In this document: positions 63,488 through 64,000 of the stretch, piece after piece
Layout of the letters: every line of letters starts with the position of its first letter
Position numbering within the stretch: the first letter of the stretch is position 1
Assembly (NCBI RefSeq): GCF_009914755.1
Contig: NC_060927.1
Direction: 5' to 3' (one strand)
Length of the DNA stretch: 64,000 nucleotides
From: the human T2T-CHM13v2.0 reference genome, Homo sapiens
Program-made: the position numbers and the translations under genes
The notes under the pieces: generated by a model
Told to the model about the DNA's origin: nothing
The model's input: only the letters and a program-made list of their open reading frames with translations
The model's database searches: none

Positions 63488-64000
63488 ATGAAATATCAAA
63501 GTTCACAAACCATATATTATATACTGTACATAAAATATCAAAGTACCCAAGGTATATATTCTATACTGTACAAAAAATATCAAAGTACCCAAAGCATGTA
63601 TTATATACTGTACATAAAATATGAAAGTACATCAAATATATATTTTATTCTGTACATAAAATATCAAAGTACACCAGATATATATTCTATAGTGTACATA
63701 AAATATCAAAGTACCCAAACTATACATTATATACTGTACATAAAATATGAAATTACATCAAATATATATTATATTAGGTAAATGAAATATGAAAGTACAT
63801 CAAATATAGATTATATACTGTACATAAAATATGAAAGTACCCCAAATATATATTATATACTCTACATGAAATATCAAAGTTCACAAACTATATATTATAT
63901 ACTGTACATAAAATATCAAAGTACCCAAGGTATATATTCTATACTGTACAAAAAATATCAAAGTATCCAAAGCATGTATTATATACTGTATATAAAATAT

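Larger units (their letters stand above)
1..64000 (+). repeat. HSat1A (classical human Satellite I / SAR) tandem array: 42-bp monomer in a 378-bp 9-mer HOR, single orientation, running off both window ends
   Basis: Seen: 42-bp period throughout with GTAC sites spaced 17 and 25 bp. Consensus monomer is 20 A/13 T/7 C/2 G. Nine distinguishable monomers recur in order A-I with A-starts typically 378 bp apart (e.g. 12343, 12721, 13099). Established: the 17+25-bp RsaI subunits and the 378-bp 9-mer are the defining features of HSat1A. Species and chromosome are not determinable by eye. Confidence 0.96.

Noticed and set aside
41-63781. The many 'MKYQSSQTIYY...' ORFs as a protein-coding tandem gene family
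   Set aside because: They are translations of the 42-bp satellite. Ends are set by random stops and 1/5-bp frameshifts that are themselves amplified, with no unique domain or gene structure.
1-64000. CRISPR-like array (conserved TGTACATAAAATATCAAAGTAC with variable intervening sequence)
   Set aside because: The intervening segments are homologous to each other and recur every 378 bp. There are no unique spacers, leader or cas genes.
1-64000. Inversion, transposon insertion, alpha-satellite/CENP-B box or HSat1B (Alu-containing ~2.4-kb unit)
   Set aside because: Orientation and monomer type are constant throughout and I saw no foreign or GC-rich sequence. The 2419-bp period consists wholly of 42-bp monomers, so its size similarity to HSat1B is coincidental. 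A very short insertion could be missed by eye.
1-64000. Assignment to a specific chromosome (e.g. 3, 4, 13 or another acrocentric) or species
   Set aside because: Requires alignment to T2T assemblies; not determinable by inspection.

Overview
The whole 64-kb window is one uninterrupted, head-to-tail array of a very AT-rich (~79% A+T in consensus) 42-bp satellite. The monomer is GTACATAAAATATCAAA|GTACCCAAACTATATATTATATACT (17+25-bp RsaI subunits) and is organised as a 9-monomer, 378-bp higher-order repeat (HOR). This matches human/great-ape classical Satellite I, i.e. HSat1A (SAR), of pericentromeric and acrocentric short-arm heterochromatin. I see no genes, RNA genes, transposon insertions, inversions or CRISPR array. 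All listed ORFs are by-products of a stop-free frame in a monomer whose length is divisible by 3. The real information is in the array architecture: recurrent HOR length variants (5-, 6-, 8-, 13-, 14-mers; 373/377/380 bp) and nested duplications (751, 964, 1511, 1716, 1889, 2419, 2840, ~6390/9232, 10884 bp), read from offsets of diagnostic variants. There are also strand-asymmetric RNA-level motifs: dense Pumilio elements on +, one AATAAA per HOR on -. I cannot support a new protein-coding system here; the functional ideas are hypotheses only. Monomers are labelled by their in-frame translation: A=MKYQSSQTIYYILY, B=IKYQSTQGIYSILY, C=KKYQSTQSMYYILY, D=IKYESTSNIYFILY, E=IKYQSTPDIYSIVY, F=IKYQSTQTIHYILY, G=IKYEITSNIYYIRY, H=IKYESTSNIDYILY, I=IKYQSTPNIYYILY.
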